Virus record (IMG/VR): IMGVR_UViG_3300037294_000424
Span: 1 to 63,728 of that record
Direction: 5' to 3' (one strand)
Source: a virus
Taxonomy: Duplodnaviria > Caudoviricetes
Length of the DNA stretch: 63,728 nt
Positions 7,194 through 17,424 of this stretch are shown here, one piece after another (the first letter of the stretch is position 1; the number at the start of each line of letters is the position of its first letter). The position numbers and the translations under genes were made by a program. The notes below the pieces were generated by a model that ran no database searches, had not been told where the DNA came from, and saw only the letters and a program-made list of their open reading frames with translations.

Positions 7194-8166
7194 TCTATTT
7201 CTTCAAAAGCTAATTATTGACGGTGAAGACGTCGGGACGCATTCAGTGCTAAGGGTTACTTACATCGAGCGCCTAAATCTTACTTGCCCCAAGCTGATGC
7301 TAAAAATTGTCGATAGGAACAAGCTATTTCAAGATAACGCAAAGCTGCATGATGGGGCCAAGCTTGAGCTAGTTATGGGTGATGCTTCAGGCCGTGGTGA
7401 AGAGCTTTTCAAAGATACGTTCATCGTGGGTGCGAATTGGGAAGAGGCGGGTGATGTTGTAATGGTTGAAGCTCTTCAAGCTGATATTCATCGGATCAAG
7501 CAGCCCGTCTCAATACCCCATTTTTTCGTCAACAAGACCGTTAAGCAGATCCTAACTACGGTGTTTCCAGATCATGAAGTGGTGATGGACTCATACGAGT
7601 TAAAGCACACTTATCACGTTCTTACTGGGGCCACTGTGTCCCTCATGCTTGAGCGCTTAAAATGGGATGCTGGGGCCGAGATTTATCTTGCTAGGGGTAA
7701 AGTGTACTTCACACTGCTTAAGTCCTTCTCAGGCCGCAAAGAGGCATTTCAGTTTGATTATGCCCGCAACTCTTCCAGCAACCCCACTATCCAGAGTTAT
7801 AAAAGAGATAGTCCAAAGGGAGCGATTATAAGGCAAGACCTGCGGGATTATATGAGCTGGGATAGGGTGACTGGCTTTTCTTCTCTGGCTGGTGGCAGAC
7901 CTCGGGAGTTCTTGGCCTGTGCTCATGAGTCTCATTTGAGAAATCACAATATCAGTATGGTTCCAGTGATGGAATGCACTATGTCAGGCGATGGCCGCTT
8001 TACCCCCGCCATGGTAATTAAGTTTGAATTAAACAGGGCTACCCCTGATTCGGTTCTCGATGAATCGGTGCCGTCTAAGCAGGTGATGATAGGCGTTAGG
8101 CACTTTCAGGAAGGGATGAAATATATCAGTGTTTGTGAGTTTGGCGAGGTGATAGATGCAAACTAA
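7171..8166 (+). CDS. Baseplate hub protein (P1 gp6-like)
   Basis: Size and position directly before the spike gene; start may be ATG at 7183. Confidence 0.65.
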   Translation: MEPQMSSDLFLQKLIIDGEDVGTHSVLRVTYIERLNLTCPKLMLKIVDRNKLFQDNAKLHDGAKLELVMGDASGRGEELFKDTFIVGANWEEAGDVVMVEALQADIHRIKQPVSIPHFFVNKTVKQILTTVFPDHEVVMDSYELKHTYHVLTGATVSLMLERLKWDAGAEIYLARGKVYFTLLKSFSGRKEAFQFDYARNSSSNPTIQSYKRDSPKGAIIRQDLRDYMSWDRVTGFSSLAGGRPREFLACAHESHLRNHNISMVPVMECTMSGDGRFTPAMVIKFELNRATPDSVLDESVPSKQVMIGVRHFQEGMKYISVCEFGEVIDAN

Positions 8167-8932
8167 AGTTATTGGCAGCTCGTTACTATTTGGGGCTTAT
8201 CGCTGCATAGTTGAAGACGTTGAACATCCTGAAAAGCTACTGCTGGCTAAGGTGAGGGTGGTCGGAGAGTGGGAAGGGGTTAACGTGGTTGATCTGCCTT
8301 GGGCCGAGTACATGCTCCCTGTAGGCGCTCGCCCTAATGATGGCGATTTTAGGCCAGCAAGGAAAGGGGATCTCGTTTGGTGTGAGTTCGACAGGGGCGA
8401 CAGTCGTTACCCAATTATTAAAGGATCCTGTTTCTTCGCTCCCAAAGGGGTGCCTAATGCGCCTCATGAGTCCTTTTCGGGTAGCGAGTCCTTTGAGCAC
8501 AAGCGCACAGCCTCACAGCCAAAGCCTGAGGCGGCTAGATACCATAGGGATAGGGTATCGACACAGTTTAACTTTTTAATAGAAAGAACCGAGGCGGGGG
8601 CGCTCAGGGCGACGCATAAAGGGACTGGTACAGCGATTGAAATCACCAAAGACGGCCAGCTAGTGCTACACGCCGAGAATGATTCTTTCGAGTCCACCAG
8701 CCACAACAAGCTTTTAGAGGCTGAGCTGAAGATATCAGTGATAGGTAAAAAGCAAATTCACATTGACTCAAAAGAGGCGAACGTGAAGATAACGGCAGCC
8801 ACAGAATGCACGGTAAACGCGCCAAAGGTAGCCCTTAATAATGGTAGTCCAATAGTCACAACTGCCCATATATGCCACTTCACGGGATCCCCCCATGGCG
8901 ATGGCTCAAGCACTTGCACGGCGGGTAAGTAA
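8156..8932 (+). CDS. Baseplate central spike (gp5/gpV-like)
   Basis: OB-fold motif PWA...P..GDLVWCEF..GD..YPII, then beta-helix repeats and a C-terminal His motif (CHFTGSPH). Confidence 0.85.
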   Translation: MQTKVIGSSLLFGAYRCIVEDVEHPEKLLLAKVRVVGEWEGVNVVDLPWAEYMLPVGARPNDGDFRPARKGDLVWCEFDRGDSRYPIIKGSCFFAPKGVPNAPHESFSGSESFEHKRTASQPKPEAARYHRDRVSTQFNFLIERTEAGALRATHKGTGTAIEITKDGQLVLHAENDSFESTSHNKLLEAELKISVIGKKQIHIDSKEANVKITAATECTVNAPKVALNNGSPIVTTAHICHFTGSPHGDGSSTCTAGK

Positions 8933-9495
8933 TGCCAATCAGTGCCAGCTCATTAGAAGGGCTAATCCGTGGCAACTTAAGCGGGGCGGGTTTTGTATTG
9001 GGCGGGGATCACGCCAAGGTAGGGATTGCAGCTAAGGCAGTGGCCGTTGGTGTGGTCGGTGAGGTTCTGGCAACGGGCAAGGTGATAGTGCCGCCTCATG
9101 CTGGTGGTACTTACTCGGTTACGGGGCTGTCTGGGTCTGGGATGAGTGCAAAGATCCGCGCTTCACTCGCGGGTCAAGGTATCGTCTTTGGCGCTCACGC
9201 TCAGGCCCATGTGCTGCATAACGCCATAGCTAATGCTGTTACTGCCCAAGTGCTAGCTAAGTGCTCGGTATCAATCCCCTATGACGGCTCAGGCATGTTT
9301 CAAATAGTGGGCCTTTCTCAAGGTGCCTTAGAGAGCTTGCTCATATCCGAGCTTCAGGGTGCAGGGTTTAATACCAGTGCTGGGGATAGTGACAGGTTCG
9401 CTAATGCAGTAGCTAAAGCGGTAACGACTGAGATCAATAATAGCGCCGTCGTCTCTGGTGACTTCTCGGGTGGGGGTACATTCAGCGTAAGTTAA
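8932..9495 (+). CDS. Hypothetical virion protein with internal Gly/Ala-rich repeats
   Basis: Coupled to the spike gene; three similar ~60-aa segments. Confidence 0.6.
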   Translation: MPISASSLEGLIRGNLSGAGFVLGGDHAKVGIAAKAVAVGVVGEVLATGKVIVPPHAGGTYSVTGLSGSGMSAKIRASLAGQGIVFGAHAQAHVLHNAIANAVTAQVLAKCSVSIPYDGSGMFQIVGLSQGALESLLISELQGAGFNTSAGDSDRFANAVAKAVTTEINNSAVVSGDFSGGGTFSVS

Positions 9496-9510
9496 TAATT
9501 AATTAATCAC

Positions 9511-9539
9511 TAAGCCTCGCTTTTTAGCGGGGCTTTTTT
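9511..9539 (+). terminator. Intrinsic terminator
   Basis: AAGCCTCGCT-TTTT-AGCGGGGCTTTTTT. Confidence 0.75.
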
Positions 9540-9545
9540 ATGCCT

Positions 9546-9629
9546 GAAACAAATAACGAAACACATAGTAAATGACATAACGAAACAAATAACGAAACAC
9601 ATAGCAAATTACATAACGAAACACATAAC
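9546..9629. repeat. Seven tandem 12-bp repeats (GAAACACATAAC consensus); candidate ParR centromere
   Basis: Units at 9546, 9558, 9570, 9582, 9594, 9606 and 9618 with 36-bp higher-order periodicity; function inferred. Confidence 0.8.
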
Positions 9630-9631
9630 AA

Positions 9632-9660
9632 AAGGCCTCGCTAATGCGGGGTTTTTTTTG
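9632..9660 (+). terminator. Intrinsic terminator
   Basis: GGCCTCGC-TAAT-GCGGGGTT followed by T-run. Confidence 0.65.
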
Positions 9661-9909
9661 CCTTCCGCCCTCCCATAAACACCCCCTAACAATGCTGAGC
9701 CAAGCCGCTAAGTTAGGGCGTTCAATCGCCATAACCTAATGTTTTAAAAGCTTTTCTGTTAAATCCCCGTTTTTTTGATTTGACGCAATACCGCCGCATA
9801 GACTCGCGCTCGTTGGGGGAATTACCCCTAAGTACGTTGGGGGTCTGCCACCAATGCGTGAGCACTCGAATGTATTCCTAACTTTTTACAGAGAATCAAA
9901 GGAAACAAA

Positions 9910-11604
9910 ATGGATAACAGCAAAAACTTTTTTAAACGCAAGAATGCAATCTCTAATGTTGCTGGCATGGTTAATGCGGCATTGGTTAACTCGCAATTCG
10001 ATGGTAGCTCAGTAATTCAGAATACAGATGCTCGCGTTGAAGCCGTTACAAATGCGGCCATGGCTAGCCCGTTATTTGAAGGCCTAGCAGGCGAGAAATC
10101 GGCTATCGCGACTATTGCAACGTCTTGGTCTTCAGCTATCAAGGACTATTGCGACACACACGGCGTAATGCCTAGACAAGACCTATTAGCGTCTTGTGGT
10201 GAGTCGCTTATGGCGCTAACCAATGGCAACGATGAGTCTAGCCGTTTCATGTTTGAAAGCTTGGGCGGTAAAGCAAACTTTTCATCTTCTGCGGGTATTG
10301 ATATTCGCGCTAAAACGGCAGCCTTAATTCTGCCTGTTTCTTTATCTGCGGTAACAAACGATGCGGCTACTTTCGTTCAAGGTGGCCGTGATGAAGCTGA
10401 ATGCTTTGAAATTCATCGCGTCAGTAACTCATCATTTGGTGATGTTGAAAAGGGCCAGCAATTAGACGAGTTCTTCTACCAGCAATTTAGCGGTATGAAG
10501 CAGGCTTATCTTTTAAGTGGCGGCCCAGATGGCACTAAAGAGCGTTACGTCGTTTATATCTATAACGAAGCGGCCCCTGCTGCTGATCTATCCGCTATTG
10601 TTACCGTTCTAACTAACCACAATCCAAAGCAATGCGCTTACGTGCCTAAGTCTGTGGCGCTTATGTTCAATGGTCGCGCCGTTGCTTCATCTTTAGATAA
10701 TGGCACTCTATTCGGTCAGTTCGATCATGCAGGCACTACATACTCAGTTATGCCAGATGTTGCGGCAGACGTAACAAAGGGCCGTGTGGCATTTAAGATC
10801 TCGCCCGCATTGCCTGCTAACGCTGGTTCATTAACGCTTCAATATGACGTCGATATTGAATCAGGCGCGGCCAACGGTGCGTTCCCTGAAATTAACCACA
10901 CAATGAGTTCGTTCAAGTTGCGTCCTCACCAGTCGGTATTAGCGGCACAGCACACTATCCAGTCTTACTGGGCAATGAACCGCGAATATGGCATTGACGT
11001 TCGTTCGCTACAGACCGCGACACAACGCAATATCATGGCTTACGAAAAAGACATTCGTAACCTACGCGATATGGTCTTGGCATCAAGTGCAAACCCTACG
11101 ACAGCTATTCAGCTAACTGTGACTGCTGGCGCGTACTTCAAAGAGAAGTACGAAGAGCTGCATGAGCACTTGTTATTGCTGTCAAACGTGATGATGACGG
11201 AAACAAAAGTGTCGGGCCTTGTTGGTATGTATGCAGGCATTGGCGCTTCAACCATCTTTAAAGCGTTGGGTGCGCCTTTCTTTGTTCCCGCGCCTAACTA
11301 TCGCCAAGTGCCGCGTATTCACTTTGTCGGTACGTTATTTGGCAAGTGGAAAATCTTTGAATGCCCTCGCCCTATTACACACGGCGGTCAAACGCTTGGT
11401 GAAATGGATGCTGTGGGCTACGCCCGTGGTGATGACTTCTCACAAGCTGGCTTAATCGCTGGTGATGCAGTGTCGCCAACACTTTACAAGCACGGCATGG
11501 ATTCCCGCTTATTCAACCGCGATACATTGTGGGAGTCGTCTTTCGGTGACATTTCACCTCGCGGTGGCGAGAAGTTCTTCCACAAGATCACAATCACTAA
11601 GTAA
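9910..11604 (+). CDS. Major capsid protein (P1 gp23-like)
   Basis: 564 aa, strong RBS, precedes the sheath as in P1 23-22-21; probable maturation site MFES near residue 116. Confidence 0.85.
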   Translation: MDNSKNFFKRKNAISNVAGMVNAALVNSQFDGSSVIQNTDARVEAVTNAAMASPLFEGLAGEKSAIATIATSWSSAIKDYCDTHGVMPRQDLLASCGESLMALTNGNDESSRFMFESLGGKANFSSSAGIDIRAKTAALILPVSLSAVTNDAATFVQGGRDEAECFEIHRVSNSSFGDVEKGQQLDEFFYQQFSGMKQAYLLSGGPDGTKERYVVYIYNEAAPAADLSAIVTVLTNHNPKQCAYVPKSVALMFNGRAVASSLDNGTLFGQFDHAGTTYSVMPDVAADVTKGRVAFKISPALPANAGSLTLQYDVDIESGAANGAFPEINHTMSSFKLRPHQSVLAAQHTIQSYWAMNREYGIDVRSLQTATQRNIMAYEKDIRNLRDMVLASSANPTTAIQLTVTAGAYFKEKYEELHEHLLLLSNVMMTETKVSGLVGMYAGIGASTIFKALGAPFFVPAPNYRQVPRIHFVGTLFGKWKIFECPRPITHGGQTLGEMDAVGYARGDDFSQAGLIAGDAVSPTLYKHGMDSRLFNRDTLWESSFGDISPRGGEKFFHKITITK

Positions 11605-11654
11605 TCACCAAGGCTAGGCCCAATCGGGCCTAGCCTAACTTGGAGTTTTACCAA

Positions 11655-12086
11655 ATGAAAAAAATAAAAGTGCATATCGTCAACTCATCGACCACTGAAG
11701 CGTTTGGCGCGTCAGGGCTGGTAATTGAACGAAACCATGATGAAAAGCGTGATATGACAATGGAAGAGGCCAACAAGCTTGTAGCTTCATTGTCAGGCAT
11801 AGCGGCTGTATCAGTCTCATTCATATCAGAAGGTGAAGATAGCCCGTTAAGCGGCTTGGACGTCGCGGTTGCGGCGGCGAATGAAGCCCTTCAAGCGGAA
11901 TTGGCTTCTTTGAAATCGGAGCTAGGTGATCAGGTTGCCGCTTTGCAGGCCACGGTTGAAGCTCGGGATCTAACCATCGTTGAGCTAGAAGCTGTGATCA
12001 ATAAGGCTGCAACTTTAGAGCCTGTTACCGCTGCTGAAGCTGAAACGGTAAAGACAGCCGAGACTAAGAAAAAGGCGGCTAAATAA
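11655..12086 (+). CDS. Hypothetical coiled-coil virion protein
   Basis: GGAG RBS before ATG 11655; coupled to the sheath gene. Confidence 0.6.
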   Translation: MKKIKVHIVNSSTTEAFGASGLVIERNHDEKRDMTMEEANKLVASLSGIAAVSVSFISEGEDSPLSGLDVAVAAANEALQAELASLKSELGDQVAALQATVEARDLTIVELEAVINKAATLEPVTAAEAETVKTAETKKKAAK

Positions 12087-13654
12087 TGAATATCCCACTT
12101 GGTTTAGGAAAGGCGGCGGGGGTCGGCGCGGCTCCTGTAAATGCTAGTGCAACCGTTGCGGCTGGTGGATCAGGCGGTCTGTCGGTATTTGCTGGCGTAG
12201 TTATCTCAGACAAGGGCAAGCCCTTTGAGTTAATGCGTTTAACTAAGCAAAATTGGCAAGGCCTTTTAGGTCGTCCATTGCGCCCAAGCTTAGGCGCTCA
12301 TGCTGGCTCGTTGCGATGCCTAGATGAAGCGTTAAGCGGCGGCGATGGCTACGTGGTACGTGTGGTGCCAAAAACGGCTAAATACCCTGTGCTATCAATT
12401 CTGGCGGTTGATGTTGGGACTGGTAAAAACACCACGACGTCCACAGCTCTTGCTTTCGGCGCTGTCGTCACCTTCTCGGCTGGCGATCAAATGGCGTTCT
12501 ATATCGTTGATGGCTCTACTTCAGCGCGTTCCCTATCTCTGCTGTCTATCGTTGGCGAAAACGGTTATTTCACGCTTTCAGCCTTTGGTACTGATGCGCT
12601 AGGGTCTGAGTACCTAGAGAAAAGCTGGCGCGTATCGTTAGATAGATTGGCCGTTGATGATAACGGTGACTCGCTATTCATTGCTGATGTTTTGGCGCGT
12701 TCAGGGGGCTTTTTACGCTGCGACGTATCAAGCGAGTTTTCATCTTCCACCAGCATTGCGTCCATTGATAAGACGCCCTTTATAGGCGCAACAAGCGGCT
12801 TAGCTAGCGACATAGATCAAGAAGACTGGGCCAAGTCTTGCGCTGTGATTAGCAACGCCATGGTGGGTTACACCGCCGTTGTGGGCTTAGGCATTACTGA
12901 TGCGGCGGTCATAGAAAAGCTGGTTTCTATCGCTAACGCTCGTCGCATTGATGCTTTCATGGATGTGGCAGGCACAAGCTATGCGTCGGCGGTTGCGGCA
13001 GTTAAAGCCATGGCGTTTAACCACGAAAACCTGTGTTTGTACTTCTTTCCGTACAAGTCAAAAGATCCACACTTTGGCGGTCATGCTCACTGGGGGATCT
13101 CAGGCATAGCATTCACGGCTAAAGCGGCGGGCGTTGCCAAAGTAGAAGGCGCTATCGGCGGCTGGCATTACTCGCCTGCTGGCGTTGACCGCGCAATCAT
13201 CCCGCGCAAAGAACCTATCCCGTTTGACAACTTAGACGCCCCTGATGAAGAGCTGATGTATAAGGCTCGCCTTAACAAGCTTGGCCTGTCTGATGGCGGC
13301 CTGTTGATGATCGATGATGCTATCACTACGCGCCAGAAAGAAGATTACCTTCGCTTCCAGCATGTGGGTTCAGTAATGAACGCTATCGTTCGTGACTTCT
13401 ACGCGCTTGCCAAGGCTATGCAGCATGAGCCTGATGGCGTAGCGGGTGACGGCTTGCGTAAACGTATGAAGAACATTCTTGATGGCTACGTCGCCTCTGA
13501 AGCCTTGGTGAAGCCAAGAGATCCAGAAGATGGCACAGAGCCATACGTACTCACTGTTGAGCAAACCGAGTTCGATCTCTGGACTGTGAAATGGTCTGTG
13601 TGCGTGACAGGTACAAGTCGTCGAATCATGGGCATTCCAGCTCTATTCCGTTAA
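12086..13654 (+). CDS. Tail sheath protein (P1 gp22-like)
   Basis: 522 aa; C-terminal sheath motifs (SPAG..R, HEP, final beta hairpin). Confidence 0.88.
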   Translation: MNIPLGLGKAAGVGAAPVNASATVAAGGSGGLSVFAGVVISDKGKPFELMRLTKQNWQGLLGRPLRPSLGAHAGSLRCLDEALSGGDGYVVRVVPKTAKYPVLSILAVDVGTGKNTTTSTALAFGAVVTFSAGDQMAFYIVDGSTSARSLSLLSIVGENGYFTLSAFGTDALGSEYLEKSWRVSLDRLAVDDNGDSLFIADVLARSGGFLRCDVSSEFSSSTSIASIDKTPFIGATSGLASDIDQEDWAKSCAVISNAMVGYTAVVGLGITDAAVIEKLVSIANARRIDAFMDVAGTSYASAVAAVKAMAFNHENLCLYFFPYKSKDPHFGGHAHWGISGIAFTAKAAGVAKVEGAIGGWHYSPAGVDRAIIPRKEPIPFDNLDAPDEELMYKARLNKLGLSDGGLLMIDDAITTRQKEDYLRFQHVGSVMNAIVRDFYALAKAMQHEPDGVAGDGLRKRMKNILDGYVASEALVKPRDPEDGTEPYVLTVEQTEFDLWTVKWSVCVTGTSRRIMGIPALFR

Positions 13655-13702
13655 CAATCCCGTGGTGGCCATGGCCCCCGCTTTAAATCATTGGGTAATT
13701 TT

Positions 13703-14386
13703 ATGTCATTTGAAAGTGTACACCTTGCTAGCGCTCTAGGTTTAGCGATGTTCGAGGCTGTTGACAAGCTATCTGTCGTGCCTGAAGAAAAAAATGAAGA
13801 AGACAAGCCAAAAGTGCAAACCGAAGAGGCGATGTATGAAGCGATTGAGACTAACTCAATTGTAAATACTCGCACACTAGGTATGGCTGCTGTGCTGGCT
13901 TGGGCTGGTTATGGTGAGCCTACGGCTGAAGACTTTGATATCACAGCTCAGGCGATGGCTGACGTTGATGAAGATGGTGAAGTGTCAGATGAAGAAGAGG
14001 GAAGCTACAACGAGATCCTTTTCGCGATGGTTCAGTCTCTACAGTATCTAGGTGTTTCTGCTGATGATGCCGCCAAGATCGTGGATGGTGACGATAAAGC
14101 CGCCTCGGTTGCCTACGTTCAGGTGTCTGAGAAAATAGAAAACTCGGATATTTCTGACGATGAAATCATTGCTGAGTTTTCAGTTCAGGAACAAGGCATG
14201 ACCGAAGCGAAAGTGAAGGTTATCCGCAATGGCGAAACTAAGTGGGTGAAAAAGCCACTTAAAAAGCGTCGTATGAGTGCAGCCCAACGTGCAGCGCTTA
14301 AGAAAGCCCGCATGAAGTCCAATACTGCTGGCGCTAGAGCTAAGCGCAAGAAATCAATGCGTAAGCGTAAATCGGCAGGCATGTAA
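13703..14386 (+). CDS. P1 gp21-like protein; probable prohead core/scaffold
   Basis: Acidic body with several M-F/Y-E-A/S motifs and a very basic C-terminus reminiscent of T4 gp68. Confidence 0.65.
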   Translation: MSFESVHLASALGLAMFEAVDKLSVVPEEKNEEDKPKVQTEEAMYEAIETNSIVNTRTLGMAAVLAWAGYGEPTAEDFDITAQAMADVDEDGEVSDEEEGSYNEILFAMVQSLQYLGVSADDAAKIVDGDDKAASVAYVQVSEKIENSDISDDEIIAEFSVQEQGMTEAKVKVIRNGETKWVKKPLKKRRMSAAQRAALKKARMKSNTAGARAKRKKSMRKRKSAGM

Positions 14387-14398
14387 GGGGAGTAGCCA

Positions 14399-14986
14399 AT
14401 GGGGGTAACTGTCGGAATGACGCGCCAAGATGGCATAAGTGACTTTTTAAAAGTGGCGATTGAGCAAGGCGATGTGACGGTCATTGGCTATATCGGTGAT
14501 GGAGCCGCAAAGCAGCTATCTAACTTCTGGCAGAACCCTTTTGAGGGCGACACAGTAGGGCAAGCTGGTGGCGGTGGCTCAAAGGTTGCCGACTTAATGC
14601 AGGTCGGCAGCGACGTAACAAGCAAAACCGTTATGAATACAGCCATCGTGTGGGAAGGGATAGGGCCGCATGAGTTAACGCTCCCTGTGTACTTTAAGGC
14701 CTACAGCAACGCCAAGAGCGAAGTTAACGACGCCATTATGTACCTAGAGAAGTTCGCTTCGCCTGAGTTGTCAGAAGGCATGGTGGGTGCTGGCGTGATC
14801 CCGCAATCATGCAAGGTCAATGTTGGGCGGCGCTTATTACTGCCTAATTGCCAGATAAAGGACGTTTCAAGTGAGCTGGATGCCCCAAGGGACAAGCAAG
14901 GCTACATGACCAGAAACACGGTACAGCTCAGTATCACCATGGACAAAATGACAAACCGTTCTCAAATTCAAAATCTTTACACCTAA
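14399..14986 (+). CDS. pmgG: Tail tube initiator/baseplate protein (P1 PmgG-like)
   Basis: Tube-fold-like sequence; synteny 21-pmgG-bplB. Confidence 0.55.
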   Translation: MGVTVGMTRQDGISDFLKVAIEQGDVTVIGYIGDGAAKQLSNFWQNPFEGDTVGQAGGGGSKVADLMQVGSDVTSKTVMNTAIVWEGIGPHELTLPVYFKAYSNAKSEVNDAIMYLEKFASPELSEGMVGAGVIPQSCKVNVGRRLLLPNCQIKDVSSELDAPRDKQGYMTRNTVQLSITMDKMTNRSQIQNLYT

Positions 14987-14998
14987 GAAGAGGTATTT

Positions 14999-15502
14999 AT
15001 GTCAGGACACAGTAACGCAAAAGGTAATGCAGGCTTTCTTAAAAAGCACTACACACAAAATAAGAGTATGGGCGAAAAGGCCATGGGCTTTGAGTTCAAG
15101 CTTTCGGTAGCAGGCTTTCCTAATTGGAGCGTGTTGTGCCGAACCTCCCAAATGCCCGCAATGGGCCGCTCTGATGTTGAAGACTTTGGCGCTGGTGGCA
15201 TTAAGTTTGTGCAACACGGTGCACTGGAAAACTCAGGTGAAATTAGCATTTCCTGTGTTGAGACGGTCAAGGGCGACATGATCAAAGACCTCCGTAAAAT
15301 TATCCGCGAAAAGAAATATGTGGATATCACGATGGAAATGACCAGTGAATCATTGGATGGTGCGATTGGCGCTGGTCAAAAGGTCATAATGCTTGATTGT
15401 AAGTTGCGCTGTGATGTTATCGAGTTTTCTACTGAAGACACGGCGGCATTGGTTAAGCCAACAATGACAGCAATTTATAACTTTATCGATCTAGAAGACT
15501 AA
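14999..15502 (+). CDS. bplB: Tail tube protein (P1 BplB-like)
   Basis: 167-aa tube-like sequence; synteny. Confidence 0.65.
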   Translation: MSGHSNAKGNAGFLKKHYTQNKSMGEKAMGFEFKLSVAGFPNWSVLCRTSQMPAMGRSDVEDFGAGGIKFVQHGALENSGEISISCVETVKGDMIKDLRKIIREKKYVDITMEMTSESLDGAIGAGQKVIMLDCKLRCDVIEFSTEDTAALVKPTMTAIYNFIDLED

Positions 15503-15519
15503 CCGAGTCAGGGGCCGAA

Positions 15520-16086
15520 ATGAAAATTTCACAAATAGTAAACAACGCTAAATCTCGCTTCACTGTGCTGCTCACTGAGGACACAGCGATCCAAGCTTAT
15601 TTAGTGCAAGCGCTAACGGCTTACCAAGACTTAGCGGGCTGTTTGCGAACAGTAGTAATGGAAGCCCCTTTAGTCGGCCCGTATGAAGCCCCACCGTCTT
15701 TTCTCGCTCATGCAATGTGTAAGGACGTTACGGGTAACTTTGTCCCTGTCAGGGTCAGCGAGGATGACGACGGCAGCACAAAAATATACTTCGACTCGGG
15801 CGCTATTTACCCTATCGAATATGAGTTTCTTGTTCACTTGGCTTTCTTTGCTGACAACCCCGAGGCCCATATCCCTAACCGCATATCAGGCATGGTCATT
15901 GATTATCTAGAGTGCCTAATCGCTATGGATAACGACGACCGCATGGCCCGCATTGAAACGGGCGGCAAGATGGACTCATCCAGAACCCCCACAAGATTAG
16001 ACCGAATAGCACAGAAAACGGCACTAGAAGAGCAGTTCAGGGCTAACAGGGCCATTATATCCATGGCGAGTATTCACCCGCTTTAA
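15520..16086 (+). CDS. Head-tail adaptor-like protein (P1 PmgC-like)
   Basis: Helical termini around a beta core; synteny before tub. Confidence 0.5.
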   Translation: MKISQIVNNAKSRFTVLLTEDTAIQAYLVQALTAYQDLAGCLRTVVMEAPLVGPYEAPPSFLAHAMCKDVTGNFVPVRVSEDDDGSTKIYFDSGAIYPIEYEFLVHLAFFADNPEAHIPNRISGMVIDYLECLIAMDNDDRMARIETGGKMDSSRTPTRLDRIAQKTALEEQFRANRAIISMASIHPL

Positions 16087-16096
16087 GGGCCAAGTA

Positions 16097-16618
16097 ATGG
16101 GAATGACATTTAATGGCAAGCCTCTTAAGGGACTTGCTAATAAGCTAGTCCATACCAAGTTTCAAATGGGCTGGCAGTGGGTTTTAGAGTTCTCGGGGAA
16201 GGGGATTAACCCACCTAGCGACTTTGAGATCTACGCCAAGTCCGTGGAGCACGGCGGGGCAACGCTTGAGTATGAAGAGAAGCAGATCGGGGCCAACACA
16301 ATCAATTCACCGACACATAAAACGGCGGGAACCATAACGCTCATCATTAGAGATAACGAGGACGGGCGCTGTGAGAAGTTCTTTGCTGAGCTAATAAAAA
16401 GAGTCGTGAATGATGACGGAACCGTCAACCTCCCCGCAGAGTACCTTTTTAGCCTGCGTATGTACCGCCTAATGGACGATGACAGAAAAGAGCTGTATCG
16501 AGACTGGATGGTTTCAATTGCCGAATACGGTAGCTTCACGCGCTCAAATGAAGAGGTAGGCCAGTTTGTTACATACCCTGCCATTTTTAAGAAATACCAA
16601 GCCTTAGGGAAAGAATAA
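16097..16618 (+). CDS. tub: Tube-family protein (P1 Tub-like)
   Basis: gp19-like tube fold pattern; synteny. Confidence 0.55.
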   Translation: MGMTFNGKPLKGLANKLVHTKFQMGWQWVLEFSGKGINPPSDFEIYAKSVEHGGATLEYEEKQIGANTINSPTHKTAGTITLIIRDNEDGRCEKFFAELIKRVVNDDGTVNLPAEYLFSLRMYRLMDDDRKELYRDWMVSIAEYGSFTRSNEEVGQFVTYPAIFKKYQALGKE

Positions 16619-17424
16619 TGCCAATACCTACTATCAAACTGCCTAGCTCTGGTAAGGCTGTTACGTTCAGAGAAGCAACTATCGAGGACTGTCTGAACTA
16701 TTGCGACGTTAACGATGCGCTTGACGAGCTAATAACAACGGAATATTTAAACTCTGTCCAAGTGGGTGAAAAGAGTGATTCGGCCCTGTGGACGGCAGAA
16801 GACCGCCGCTTGGCGCTCTGGTGGATCTTTGTGACAACAAGCAAAGACACGACAATCGCTTATGAATACCCCTGCGGCCACTGCGGCGAAACTCATTTAC
16901 AGGCTGTCGATTTAGTTGATCTAGATGACGAAGCCACCAGCTTAAAAATCAAGCCTTATCTTGATGACCGTATTTTATTTGACGATAAGATCAGGCTCGT
17001 TAGGTTTCACCCGTATAACGGTTTAGCCATGATGAACATGGAGCAAGCCGCCAATGAGTTAGATGAGCTAGAAGATGGCACCAATGAGCACAAAAGGGCT
17101 GCGGCGAGGCTAAAAGTGCTTGAGGTCGCCCATGCCTTTGACTTTACCGACACAGAGCCTAGCGACTTTGACGCAGAGCTTGCGATCAAGTTGGAGGCTA
17201 TCTCATCCATGAAGCGCACCACAGAGTTTCCTGATTTGGTCGCGGCAGCCATTGCGGCCAGAGAGAAACTTAGGCACGGCCTTAATTGCACCCATGAAAA
17301 TGGTCGGGTTTCCCTCGTATCCCCTGAACTTCAATGTGAAAACAAGACAGGTGAAAAGGGGGAGGCTCTGCATTCGCGATTGCTTATTCCCTTTCGCGGT
17401 GCCGTCTTTATTCCGACGGTTTAG
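16618..17424 (+). CDS. Tail/baseplate assembly chaperone (P1 PmgB / T4 gp26-like)
   Basis: LPSSGK.V.FR..T..D N-terminus and CGHCG zinc knuckle; directly upstream of the tape measure. Confidence 0.7.
   Translation: MPIPTIKLPSSGKAVTFREATIEDCLNYCDVNDALDELITTEYLNSVQVGEKSDSALWTAEDRRLALWWIFVTTSKDTTIAYEYPCGHCGETHLQAVDLVDLDDEATSLKIKPYLDDRILFDDKIRLVRFHPYNGLAMMNMEQAANELDELEDGTNEHKRAAARLKVLEVAHAFDFTDTEPSDFDAELAIKLEAISSMKRTTEFPDLVAAAIAAREKLRHGLNCTHENGRVSLVSPELQCENKTGEKGEALHSRLLIPFRGAVFIPTV

Noticed and set aside
9538-9732. 64-aa minus ORF with YVFRY repeats
   Set aside because: Translation artefact of the 12-bp array; spans two terminators
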